Origin: Candidatus Bathyarchaeota archaeon
GTDB taxonomy: Archaea > Thermoproteota > Bathyarchaeia > Bathyarchaeales > Bathycorpusculaceae
Reading direction: 5' to 3'
Length of the DNA stretch: 64,000 nt
NCBI GenBank assembly: GCA_963772455.1
Contig: CAVYXJ010000009.1
Coordinates: forward strand, 149,714 to 213,713
The position numbers and the translations under genes are program-made. The notes below the pieces were generated by a model that saw only the letters and a list, made by a program, of their open reading frames with translations, was not told the origin of the DNA and made no database searches. Position 1 is the first letter of the stretch; each line of letters starts with the position of its first letter. Shown here piece by piece: positions 20,106 to 29,856 of this stretch.

Positions 20106-21185
20106 GTGACCAGAAAGAGTAACCTTATGTCAAGAGTGTCTAAAGAAACAGAAAAAATAAGCGAAGAACAACGTAAACTTCAGGTAACAGGCGGTTCAAC
20201 ATTCATTTTATCCCTGCCCAAAGATTGGGCCACTAGAAACGAACTCAAACGTGGAAGCTCAATGGTAGTTCGTGAGGAAGAAGACGGGTCACTATCAATT
20301 GCACCAGCAAGTTTCCCGAAAAAAGAAAAACAAGATGAAGCCTACATAAAAGCATCATTAAACGATAACCCTGACGCTATTATGAGAACGGCGATTTCAG
20401 CCTATTTGAGCGGTTACAACGTTCTACATATAAGGGCACAAGGGCAAAAAGTGCTCTCGTCTAAGCTTCGAAACCATCTAAAAACCTTCGCAAGACACTA
20501 TCTGGTTGGAACAGAAATTGTTATCGATACCCCAAGTGAATTAACCCTACAGGTTTTACTTAATTATCCTGAATTAACAGTTCAAAACGCTTTAAGCAGA
20601 ATGTCAATAATCGCTTCATCCATGCATAAAGAAGCCATAACAGCCATAAAAAACCTTGATTATTCCAGCGCTAAATCAGTCATAGAAACTGACCGTGAAG
20701 TTAACCGTTTCAGCCTTTATATCGTGAGACTATTGAAGTTGGCCGTTTCAAATCAGCGAATTGTAAAAGATATAGGTTTAACCAGCCAAAAAGAATGCTT
20801 AGGATATAGACTGATAGCGAAGTCTGTTGAGCGAACAGCTGATCATGCAACTAAAATCGCTGAAAACATACTACTCCTTAAAGAGCCTGTAAACGAAGAA
20901 ATTCTAGAAAAGATTAGCCAACTAAGCGATTTAGCTATTTCAATGTTTGAGTGCTCCATGGAAGCTTTGTTTAAACATGATTTCAACTTAGCTGAAGGTG
21001 TAATTGAAAAATTATCCCAAGTCCATAAGGTTGAAAAAGAAACGGTTTTGTACTCAAATAACGCAAAAATTGAAGAAATTGTTAATTTGAGATTGTTAAT
21101 TGAGAGTGTCAGACGAACGGCGGAGTATGCTACAGATATTTCTGAAGTTGTCCTGAATTTGAACGTTGAATCAGTTTTAAGTTAA
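20106..21185 (+). CDS. Archaeal phosphate uptake regulator (AbrB DNA-binding domain plus two PhoU domains)
   Basis: RKLQVTGGSTFILSLPKDW AbrB motif, ERTADHA and RRTAEYA; divergent from pstS. Confidence 0.92.
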   Translation: MTRKSNLMSRVSKETEKISEEQRKLQVTGGSTFILSLPKDWATRNELKRGSSMVVREEEDGSLSIAPASFPKKEKQDEAYIKASLNDNPDAIMRTAISAYLSGYNVLHIRAQGQKVLSSKLRNHLKTFARHYLVGTEIVIDTPSELTLQVLLNYPELTVQNALSRMSIIASSMHKEAITAIKNLDYSSAKSVIETDREVNRFSLYIVRLLKLAVSNQRIVKDIGLTSQKECLGYRLIAKSVERTADHATKIAENILLLKEPVNEEILEKISQLSDLAISMFECSMEALFKHDFNLAEGVIEKLSQVHKVEKETVLYSNNAKIEEIVNLRLLIESVRRTAEYATDISEVVLNLNVESVLS

Positions 21186-21215
21186 GTTTTTTTTTTAAAA
21201 AAAAGTCTTATGACT

Positions 21216-21350
21216 TTAGTTTATGCTTGAATTGTCAATTAGGTGAGCTGTGCCGTCTGGGCAGTAGACTTTGTCGCCTTTTATGGCTTTTTGGTATCGT
21301 TTGCTGCATTCTTTAAGTTTTGAGCAGCCATCACAATCTCTTGATATCAT
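21216..21350 (-). CDS. 44-aa Cys-rich microprotein
   Basis: Strong SD GAGGTGA; translation MISRDCDGCSKLKECSKRYQKAIKGDKVYCPDGTAHLIDNSSIN. Confidence 0.7.
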   Translation of the reverse strand: MISRDCDGCSKLKECSKRYQKAIKGDKVYCPDGTAHLIDNSSIN

Positions 21351-21509
21351 TCTTCTTTTTCACCTCTACATTTGTTCAATTTACCATATAACCAAAGTCA
21401 CCTATAGAGATAACTTCCATAATCTATATATAAAAAATAGATTTTTGTTAAAAAAATCCAAAAAATCATGGGAACATTTAAGAAACAAACAAAACACTCA
21501 CAAACAGCA

Positions 21510-22166
21510 ATGAACCAAAAAAGATGGCAAACAAAAGGCATTTTCTTAGACTTAGACGGCACCATCGTAGATTCTACAGGAGCTTATCTTGAAGCAGCCC
21601 AAATTGCATTCCAAACTATTGGAAAAAAGACCCCGGAGAACCAAATACTTCTCGAAATCCCAAAAAGAATAGAACAGCACTTCACAATCGACGACTTAAC
21701 TCAAGGACACAAAAAAGAGTTCATGCAAATCTACTTAAAATCATACTATTCCGCCACAGAAACAAAAACCAAACTCTTCCCAAACATCTCAGCAACACTT
21801 GAGGCACTTTCAACAAAAGCTAAACTAGCACTAATAACTATGCGCCATTGCCCAAACCAAGTTATCCAAAAAGAACTGGATTATTTTGGGATAGCAAAAT
21901 ACTTCACCCACATCGTAACCGCAATGGACACCACTAAACCTAAACCTTCGCCTGAAGCTTTAATCCAATGCGTAGAAGCCATGGACCTGGAAATGTGCGA
22001 TTGCATCATAGCGGGAGATTCAGTCAATGATGTACGGGCGGGAAAAGCTGCTGGCGCAAAAACCGTAGCGGTGCTCTCAGGGCTATTTAATCGTGACGAA
22101 CTGGCAAAAGAATGCCCAGATCTAATTTTACCTAACATTAGTTCCCTTCCAGAATTCATCGAGTAA
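21510..22166 (+). CDS. HAD-superfamily phosphatase
   Basis: DLDGT, KPSP and GDSVND motifs. Confidence 0.9.
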   Translation: MNQKRWQTKGIFLDLDGTIVDSTGAYLEAAQIAFQTIGKKTPENQILLEIPKRIEQHFTIDDLTQGHKKEFMQIYLKSYYSATETKTKLFPNISATLEALSTKAKLALITMRHCPNQVIQKELDYFGIAKYFTHIVTAMDTTKPKPSPEALIQCVEAMDLEMCDCIIAGDSVNDVRAGKAAGAKTVAVLSGLFNRDELAKECPDLILPNISSLPEFIE

Positions 22167-22267
22167 ACTTTCTTTTGTTATATCAGAAACCGACATATTG
22201 CTATAATCCGCCTAAGGCAGTTATATGGCGCTGGAAAAATAAGGTTTAATTAAAACCTCTATCTTAA

Positions 22268-22915
22268 GTGAATGTGGAGAGGGCTTCAGCGGAGATTAGT
22301 ATGAACTTTGTAGAGATTATGCTAGGGGAGAAATTGAAAGATGCGGATCCAGCTCTAGATATAATGGGGTCGGATCGCAAAGTATTGCAGGTTGCCTGCC
22401 AAGACTTCACCAATTACCTCAAGTTCCATTGGAACCTGATAGGAAAGGAATCAAACCAATGTGAATTAGTGGAGAAACTGGAGAAGCTATTCAAAGAAGA
22501 TGCTGCTGAACTAAATGCGTTTTTGAATGTTTGGACTGGTATTTGGTTCAAGAAATGGAAAGAACGTGTAAAGCTCCTTATCGGCAACCAGAACGCTAAC
22601 AAATGGAACAAAATGTCCAAAACACTCGCCAACGTTGAACCTTTATGGCGCAAAATAGAGCACAAACAAGAACTCCAAGAAGTTGTAGTTGCTACCCTTA
22701 TAAAGAATGGAGAGATTTGCGGAACTGAAATCTTGGCTGAGAACTTGTTGAAGATGGAGCTTGGAGAAAAAAATCTTGAGAACGCCAGCGACAGAGATAG
22801 ACTCTTTACAACGTTAAACTGCGCTCTACGAAAGGCTCGAGAAATGGCACAAAGCCGGGGTCCACTAATCTTTGTTAAAATAGACAAAGGCTACTATAAC
22901 GCACTAAACGAGTAA
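22268..22915 (+). CDS. Hypothetical protein
   Basis: 215-aa ORF with normal composition and an upstream TATA-like TTTAATTA. Confidence 0.7.
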   Translation: MNVERASAEISMNFVEIMLGEKLKDADPALDIMGSDRKVLQVACQDFTNYLKFHWNLIGKESNQCELVEKLEKLFKEDAAELNAFLNVWTGIWFKKWKERVKLLIGNQNANKWNKMSKTLANVEPLWRKIEHKQELQEVVVATLIKNGEICGTEILAENLLKMELGEKNLENASDRDRLFTTLNCALRKAREMAQSRGPLIFVKIDKGYYNALNE

Positions 22916-23089
22916 GCACTCCAAAATTTTTCTTTTCAGTATTTTATTTTTTTAAGGTCAAGATCCGACTCTGTTTTATAAGCTTAACAAATTATCAAAT
23001 ACTGTCTAGTCAATTATGGAAAAATGAGCCAACTTTTCTGTTTACAAATAACAAAAAACTTTAATTCAAAAATATTGAAGCTTGACGAT

Positions 23090-23278
23090 TTAGAGGACTC
23101 TTTGTCTTTGCAGAGTCTTTGTTCGCCAATTATACCGTCTGATAGTTGCTTGTTCGCCAAAACCACATGCTGCACAACGTTTATGTCGTACGTGATATGC
23201 ACGTCTGCCGCAGCGCCTGCACATAATATGGACAGTTTTGCCCTGGCGCTTACCCTGTGATGGAGTTCCTTTACCCAT
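23090..23278 (-). CDS. rpl37e: Ribosomal protein L37e
   Basis: KGTPS..CRRCG..YH..CAACGFG. Confidence 0.97.
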   Translation of the reverse strand: MGKGTPSQGKRQGKTVHIMCRRCGRRAYHVRHKRCAACGFGEQATIRRYNWRTKTLQRQRVL

Positions 23279-23283
23279 TTAAC

Positions 23284-23511
23284 TCACCTAGGTGGCGGTG
23301 AAATAAGGACTACGTTGTCTCCTCGGACAATAATGAGTCCCAGTTTCTTTTGGTCTTCAACAACTGTTGTGTCTTCTGTCTCTTCTAGAACTAAGTTTAA
23401 GTGTTGATCGAAACCCTTCAGTCTTCCCCTGAGGCTTTTTCCACCTTTTAAGCGTACAAGTACGATTTTGCTGAGGTTTTGTTCAAGGATTTCGGTTGTC
23501 ATTTCGCTCAT
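23284..23511 (-). CDS. Sm-like (Lsm/SmAP) RNA-binding protein
   Basis: GFDQHLNLVL and IVRGDNV; conserved linkage to rpl37e. Confidence 0.96.
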   Translation of the reverse strand: MSEMTTEILEQNLSKIVLVRLKGGKSLRGRLKGFDQHLNLVLEETEDTTVVEDQKKLGLIIVRGDNVVLISPPPR

Positions 23512-23727
23512 TTTGGAATCCCCTTATAATATTATATCTCTATACTTTATCTCTCTCAATTTAAACCTATCTCATGGACTCAAGAAAACAAATACTGGAA
23601 GACTTCCATTAGGAAAAGTAGGAAACTTCTGTGAAAGTAACATCCAAAGTTTGCTGGTTTGTTTGCTTGAACTTATAAGCCTGAGGTGCCCTAATTTTGG
23701 ATAACAAACAAATGGGCAGCAAACACG

Positions 23728-24363
23728 ATGGCATTGATATTTGAATTCATAATTATTTTCCTAACAGGTTTCGCATTTAATTTAATACCCTTTGCAGGAC
23801 CCTCAAACTTGCTAATTGCGTCAACAGCTGCTATCGGTTTAGGAAATGCTGACGCGACTACACTAGTGATTGTCGGTGTCCTCATTGCCATGGGAGCAGC
23901 TTTAGCAAAAGGGATACACTACATGGTAACTTTCTTTGTCAGCGGACGTTTGAGCCAAAAAAGACAAGACCGTCTTAACGCTGACGCAAATAAAATCAGA
24001 AAATGGGCTTTTCCACTTCTGTTTTTGGTTGCAGCAACCCCGCTTCCTGATGAACCAGTTGTTATTCCACTTGGATTAATGAAGTATAGTCCTACGAAGT
24101 TTTTTTCAGCATATTTCCTTGGTAAACTTACCATTGCGATTGTCGGAGCATTCATTGGACAAGAGGCAAGCAACTTGTTTTCAGGTTGGCTCACCCCCGA
24201 ACAAATGTTTGTTGTTTCAATAGTTGTGTCAATCATTCTAACGGTTGTTATAACATTAATCCTGTTGAAAGTAGATATCGGCAAACTTTCGGAAAGATAC
24301 TTTCACCGTAAAAGTACAAAGAATAATGAGATCACTCAAGAAAACCCTAATAAAGCCAGTTAA
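23728..24363 (+). CDS. VTT/DedA-like membrane protein
   Basis: Multi-TM protein with an ATPLPDE..IPLG motif. Confidence 0.65.
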   Translation: MALIFEFIIIFLTGFAFNLIPFAGPSNLLIASTAAIGLGNADATTLVIVGVLIAMGAALAKGIHYMVTFFVSGRLSQKRQDRLNADANKIRKWAFPLLFLVAATPLPDEPVVIPLGLMKYSPTKFFSAYFLGKLTIAIVGAFIGQEASNLFSGWLTPEQMFVVSIVVSIILTVVITLILLKVDIGKLSERYFHRKSTKNNEITQENPNKAS

Positions 24364-24386
24364 GAACCCAATAAAGATAGATAACA

Positions 24387-24890
24387 ATGCCAACAAAACA
24401 ACGCAGGTACCCCTTAAAAGCCAAAGAAGCAAAGCAAATAGTTGAGGAAGCCTCAAAAACACTATCGCTTGACCTTGACGCATTGTTTGGTGTAAAAGCT
24501 AACGTTGAAATTGTTGAATCTGACGTGGGTGAAATCTATCTTATAGAAGGAAAACCAATCCTCTTCAAATCAGTCGATAGGATTCTGCCTACACTGCTAT
24601 TCTCAGAGTTCATTGCCAAAGCCCCAAGAATAGTTGTTGACATGGGAGCTATCCCTTATGTTTGTAAAGGTGCAACTGTTATGGCCCCAGGAATTGTGCG
24701 AATTGAAGGCGAATTCACCAAAGGTGATCTCGTATTGGTGGTAGATATGAAACATGGCAAAGCCTTAGCTTTAGGAGAAAGTTTGCTTGATTCAGAAACC
24801 GCCAAACAAACCAAAAAAGGACCAGTAGCCAAAACCCTACACTATGTAAGCGATAAAATCTGGGACTACATCAAAACAATCGCTGAATAA
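24387..24890 (+). CDS. PUA-domain RNA-binding protein (Tma20/MCTS1-like)
   Basis: VVDMGAIPYVCKGATVMAPGI and LHYVSD. Confidence 0.9.
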   Translation: MPTKQRRYPLKAKEAKQIVEEASKTLSLDLDALFGVKANVEIVESDVGEIYLIEGKPILFKSVDRILPTLLFSEFIAKAPRIVVDMGAIPYVCKGATVMAPGIVRIEGEFTKGDLVLVVDMKHGKALALGESLLDSETAKQTKKGPVAKTLHYVSDKIWDYIKTIAE

Positions 24891-25085
24891 TACATTGTGT
24901 CAGTTTCTATCTTTCATTCAAAATTCATTTAAGCAGAAAGCATATCAATTGAGAAGGATAGTTCAAAAGAAAGGATAATTAGATAAGAAAAAGTCGTCAT
25001 CTAAAAAAGTATATATCAATACAAAACAACAACTTATTAAATAAACAAAAACTAAAACTTACCAAAAAGTCGAAAGTTGTTTTTA

Positions 25086-25330
25086 TTGAACCACAAAACA
25101 ATCTTTGCAATAACTCTCCTGACTAAAGCAATCATCGGAAGCACATTCCTGCTTAACCTAATCATAAATTAATCTCAACCTAAAACTGCACTCCTATACA
25201 AGATTGAAAATGCATTCCCAAATCTATCATTTGACCATCCTGGTCTGTCTCAACAAACAATTCAAACATAGCCGACTTAGAAAGTCAAAAAATATTGTTA
25301 GAGATACCACGCCTTTCAGAGAGCCATGTC
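25086..25330 (+). pseudogene. Remnant of a secreted PQQ-dependent (glucose/sorbosone-type) sugar dehydrogenase
   Basis: Signal-like N-terminus, in-frame TAA, then YKIENAFPNLSFDHP joined directly to SVSTNNSNIADLESQKILLEIP in another frame; most of the gene is missing. Confidence 0.6.
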
Positions 25331-25415
25331 TCAATAAACTTAATAATTAAAAAAATTTTATTTTTTTAAATAAAAGAAAGAAAAGAAAGATTTTGTTGCA
25401 ACCCGGTTGATTTGG

Positions 25416-25507
25416 AGCTATATTGCTAATGTTATTGGGCTTTGACGTAACCTTTATGGCCTGCTCTAATGTTCTCCTTGCTCCTCCAATCAAGCACTTC
25501 TATGCGC
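25416..25507 (-). other. 3' strand of the pre-16S processing stem (BHB: helix 25481-25484, bulge 25478-25480)
   Basis: Complementary to 27081-27148, including a perfect 16-bp match 25434-25449/27133-27148. Confidence 0.85.
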
Positions 25508-25517
25508 TTTTTTACTT

Positions 25518-27011
<1,494 letters not shown>

Positions 27012-27080
27012 TGTGACACTCCGTATTAATTTCTGCGGATCTTACTATCTTGTTTTTTGTGTGGTACGTTCTGCACTTTT

Positions 27081-27148
27081 CGCATATCTATGCCTAACTG
27101 GATTTGGAGGGAGAAACATTCTCCACAAATTATACGTCAAAGCCCAAT
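27081..27148 (-). other. 5' strand of the pre-16S processing stem (BHB: helix 27106-27109, bulge 27103-27105)
   Basis: Transcript UCUCC-CUCC-AAA-UCCAG pairs with UUGGA-GGAG-CAA-GGAGA, a canonical 3-4-3 bulge-helix-bulge. Confidence 0.85.
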
Positions 27149-27332
27149 TCAGACCTAACTGAGCAATTAGTCAGGTCCACATTTTACTATTTTTTTTGTC
27201 CCCGCAATTGGAGGCCAACTCCGTCATTCCTGCAAGGCGAAATCGCCGTTTCGGTAGGGGTTGAGCCGCCGCCATGTGAAAATTGCGGGGCTAGCAATTA
27301 TAGCTGAATTCTAACAGAAGCCTAGTCAACTG

Positions 27333-27350
27333 ATATAAACATTTCTTTTC
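27333..27350 (-). promoter_or_regulatory. BRE-TATA promoter of the 16S transcript
   Basis: GAAAAGAAATG-TTTATAT on the minus strand, about 25-30 nt upstream of the paired leader start near 27305. Confidence 0.7.
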
Positions 27351-27837
27351 CATCTACACCAAGCATTGTGAATCCGATTAAATGTATCTGTCTTAGATTT
27401 ATGAGGCATTGGAAAAAGAATTTGAGGTTTTTTTACTGTTTTTTAAGGTTTTCTAATGGTTTCATATTGCAGGATTACAAGTTTTAAGACAGCGAAATTT
27501 TTAGTCTATGTTGCAGAGGGACTCGAAGATATTTTGATTAAAGTGGTTATTTTAAACTCCATGATAGCCCCCCGCCGCACATATTTGTTTAAAAATTTTT
27601 GTGCCAAGTAAAGTGACAAGGTATATTTCCTTTTTAACGCGAATCTAAATTTCATTAGTGGACACTTCAACAATCTCTCCTTCACCTGACAACTTTATTT
27701 TATGAATAATAACGAGTCAATTATGCTGAAATTTTCTATTTAGAGTAGTGTTTGTGGCTTCATTATGTGACAACATTATTTTATATCATTTAGAAGCGTA
27801 GCGTGTTGTTAAGCAAGGAAATTACTAAGAGCCAACA

Positions 27838-27930
27838 TGTTAAGCGGGTCTGGCGGCTAAGACAAGAAAGGCGTTCCCCCACTGTTTTTGCGCCTTATCA
27901 AGGTTAGCCCGTGGCTAAATCCGCTTAACA
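27838..27930 (+). ncRNA. Candidate hairpin sRNA 1 with a UUCCCCC loop
   Basis: Nested inverted repeats TGTTAAGCGG/CCGCTTAACA, GGCTAA/TTAGCC and AAGGCG/CGCCTT; G-U wobbles favour the + strand; a T-run follows. Confidence 0.5.
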
Positions 27931-27970
27931 AACATTTTTGCCCTTCAAATTTTAATTATTGTAGTAAACT

Positions 27971-27994
27971 TGTAACTGTAGGAGTACAATCACA
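27971..27994. promoter_or_regulatory. Palindromic operator candidate TGTAACTG-N8-CAATCACA
   Basis: Same architecture at 45863-45886 and 54944-54967. Confidence 0.55.
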
Positions 27995-28033
27995 TCATTA
28001 TTTATTTCCCAAACGCTTAAAATAAATCAGGAA

Positions 28034-28105
28034 GGTTAGCTTAAATGCAGGCGAAGTGATTCCCCCTCTCTCTTCCGAATTTTCTCGCATGCGTTTAAGT
28101 TAACC
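28034..28105 (+). ncRNA. Candidate hairpin sRNA 2 with a C/U-rich loop
   Basis: 16-bp stem GGTTAGCTTAAATGCA/TGCGTTTAAGTTAACC with two G-U pairs on the + strand; the apical region contains TTCCCCCTCTCTCTTCC. Confidence 0.5.
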
Positions 28106-28252
28106 CTCGCTCCATCTTATATTCAGCCAAACCCATCAAAAATCTTAGTATTTTTCAGTAAATTTAAAAAATTGCAATGAAGAATTTTCAATAGTCTTGC
28201 GAGTAAATAGCATATTTAAGCAACTTTTTCTCAGTCTATATTAGACTCCAAG

Positions 28253-28393
28253 ATGCCAATGTTCAAATGCGTAAAATGTGGATGCAAAAAACGGCTCGAG
28301 TTCGAAGTTTCAACCACTGGAGACGTTAAACGCAACATTGAGAAGGCACCATATTGCTGTGGCAAACCAATGAATGAAATCATCGACGACTAA
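28253..28393 (+). CDS. 46-aa desulforedoxin-like / zinc-ribbon microprotein
   Basis: MPMFKCVKCGC...APYCCGKPMNEIIDD (CxxC...CCGxPM); TATA-like TTTAAG about 35 nt upstream. Confidence 0.75.
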   Translation: MPMFKCVKCGCKKRLEFEVSTTGDVKRNIEKAPYCCGKPMNEIIDD

Positions 28394-28660
28394 CCAATGA
28401 ATAGGCCTTATATAAAATTCATGCAACATGGATAGTCTCAGTTAATAATTTACTCTCATAAAAGTCTCTAAACACTGCTTTAAAAGTGTGTTAGCTTGAG
28501 CGGGATGGATATAATCTAAGATAATTTAAAAAAACGTTCCCAAAGCAAAAGATGCATTCAAAATTTTTCAGCGTAAAAATCCTTAAGTCAATAAATTGAT
28601 TTCTGGACCAATATGAATATCATTATTCGATTTATTTCTTGAATAATGAACCTAAATAAT

Positions 28661-28969
28661 TTATAATTCTGGAACATCATCAAAGTTGTCAGAAGCCAAA
28701 TTACTCTTAGTGTCAGTTCTAAGAAAATCTTGACCATTCACATTGATTAGATGCACTTCTTGACCCTTACGCCACTTACCAATAGCGGTCCTAAAAACAG
28801 TAGCATAAGTACAACCCTTCTTCATATTTAAAATAAGCTCACCCCTTGAAAGAACTATATTCTCGCAGACTACACAACCAAAATCCGAATGACATTCAAC
28901 AGAATCAATAAATTTCTGATCAGAGCTAGTTCTTACTGCAGAGACCAAATAATCAGCCCATTTATCCAT
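28661..28969 (-). CDS. DUF3892-like protein
   Basis: WADYLVSAVR...G.EV...NG..FLRTD....DN...PE pattern; SD GGTGA. Confidence 0.7.
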   Translation of the reverse strand: MDKWADYLVSAVRTSSDQKFIDSVECHSDFGCVVCENIVLSRGELILNMKKGCTYATVFRTAIGKWRKGQEVHLINVNGQDFLRTDTKSNLASDNFDDVPEL

Positions 28970-29272
28970 AATATCACCTTCCGCAGTTCTAATTCAAAGT
29001 ATTATTTAACGCTTATTACAATGGACCTTTCACGACAAGAAATATGCAAGAAAGATATTAAGCAATTTTGTGGATTTTTGTGGTTGTAATACTAGCTCCA
29101 AATTTTAAGTGAATTCTCGTCTAGAAATTGGCAAACAATATAGCGCCTCTTAGTAACGGACTCTCGAGAAGCTTTTTAATCCTATGTGGTTGACTAAGTG
29201 TTATAACAAAAATTAAAAAGGAATAAACTGATTTTTGTTGGCGATTAAATCGATTCTATTGAGGATAGTCAT

Positions 29273-29605
29273 CTAAAGTTTTAGCCAGAGTAGAATACCC
29301 ATAATTAAACCGTAAATTGCTAATGCTTCAGCCAAAGCTACAATCAAGAAACTTTTAAAGAACGTTTCAGGTTTTTCAGCCAATGCACTAATTGCGGCGC
29401 TACCAGCAGCAGAAATTGCAAGACCCGCACCTAATCCAGGTAATCCAATAGCTAATGCTGCACTAATTGCTATAGCGACTTTATCGAACTGTCCGGTTGT
29501 CGATGTTTGATCTTGAACTGTGTCGATTGTAAATGCCGCTGCTACTCCCATGAGAGGAAGAAGCACTAACGTTAGAACAACGAGTACTAATAGTTTAGTT
29601 TTCAA
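29273..29605 (-). CDS. atpK: A-type ATP synthase proteolipid subunit K (c)
   Basis: One TM hairpin plus an N-terminal leader; AEKPE loop and LAEALAIYG carrying the ion-binding Glu. Confidence 0.93.
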   Translation of the reverse strand: MKTKLLVLVVLTLVLLPLMGVAAAFTIDTVQDQTSTTGQFDKVAIAISAALAIGLPGLGAGLAISAAGSAAISALAEKPETFFKSFLIVALAEALAIYGLIMGILLWLKL

Positions 29606-29679
29606 TCTACGTCACTCCGATAACACTGGACACAACAAGCTTAGCTATTAACTTTTTTCTCAGTGAGATTCTATTCTCT

Positions 29680-29838
29680 TCATGGTGGAGACCCTAAGAG
29701 GTCTACATTCATTTTAGCAGCTTTATCTTTGAGATCATTCAGTTCTTGTTGAATTCTTTTTAATTCTTTTTCTGTTGCCCGCTCAATTTCTTGGTTGAAA
29801 TTGTTGAAGTCTTGGTCTAATTTCTCTTTATTTATCAA
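29680..29838 (-). CDS. Putative 52-aa coiled-coil microprotein
   Basis: TTG start with GAGGA upstream; MINKEKLDQDFNNFNQEIERATEKELKRIQQELNDLKDKAAKMNVDLLGSPP. Confidence 0.6.
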   Translation of the reverse strand: MINKEKLDQDFNNFNQEIERATEKELKRIQQELNDLKDKAAKMNVDLLGSPP

Positions 29839-29856
29839 AGGTTGTTATCTGTCCTC

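Noticed and set aside
27200-27290. Hammerhead ribozyme or C/D-box RNA in the 16S leader
   Set aside because: GAAAC is present but there is no CUGANGA core and no RUGAUGA box C.
27838-28105. H/ACA guide RNAs or ORB replication-origin boxes
   Set aside because: No clear K-turn, an ACA tail only on hairpin 1, no TCCAnTGGAA ORB core and no cdc6 nearby.
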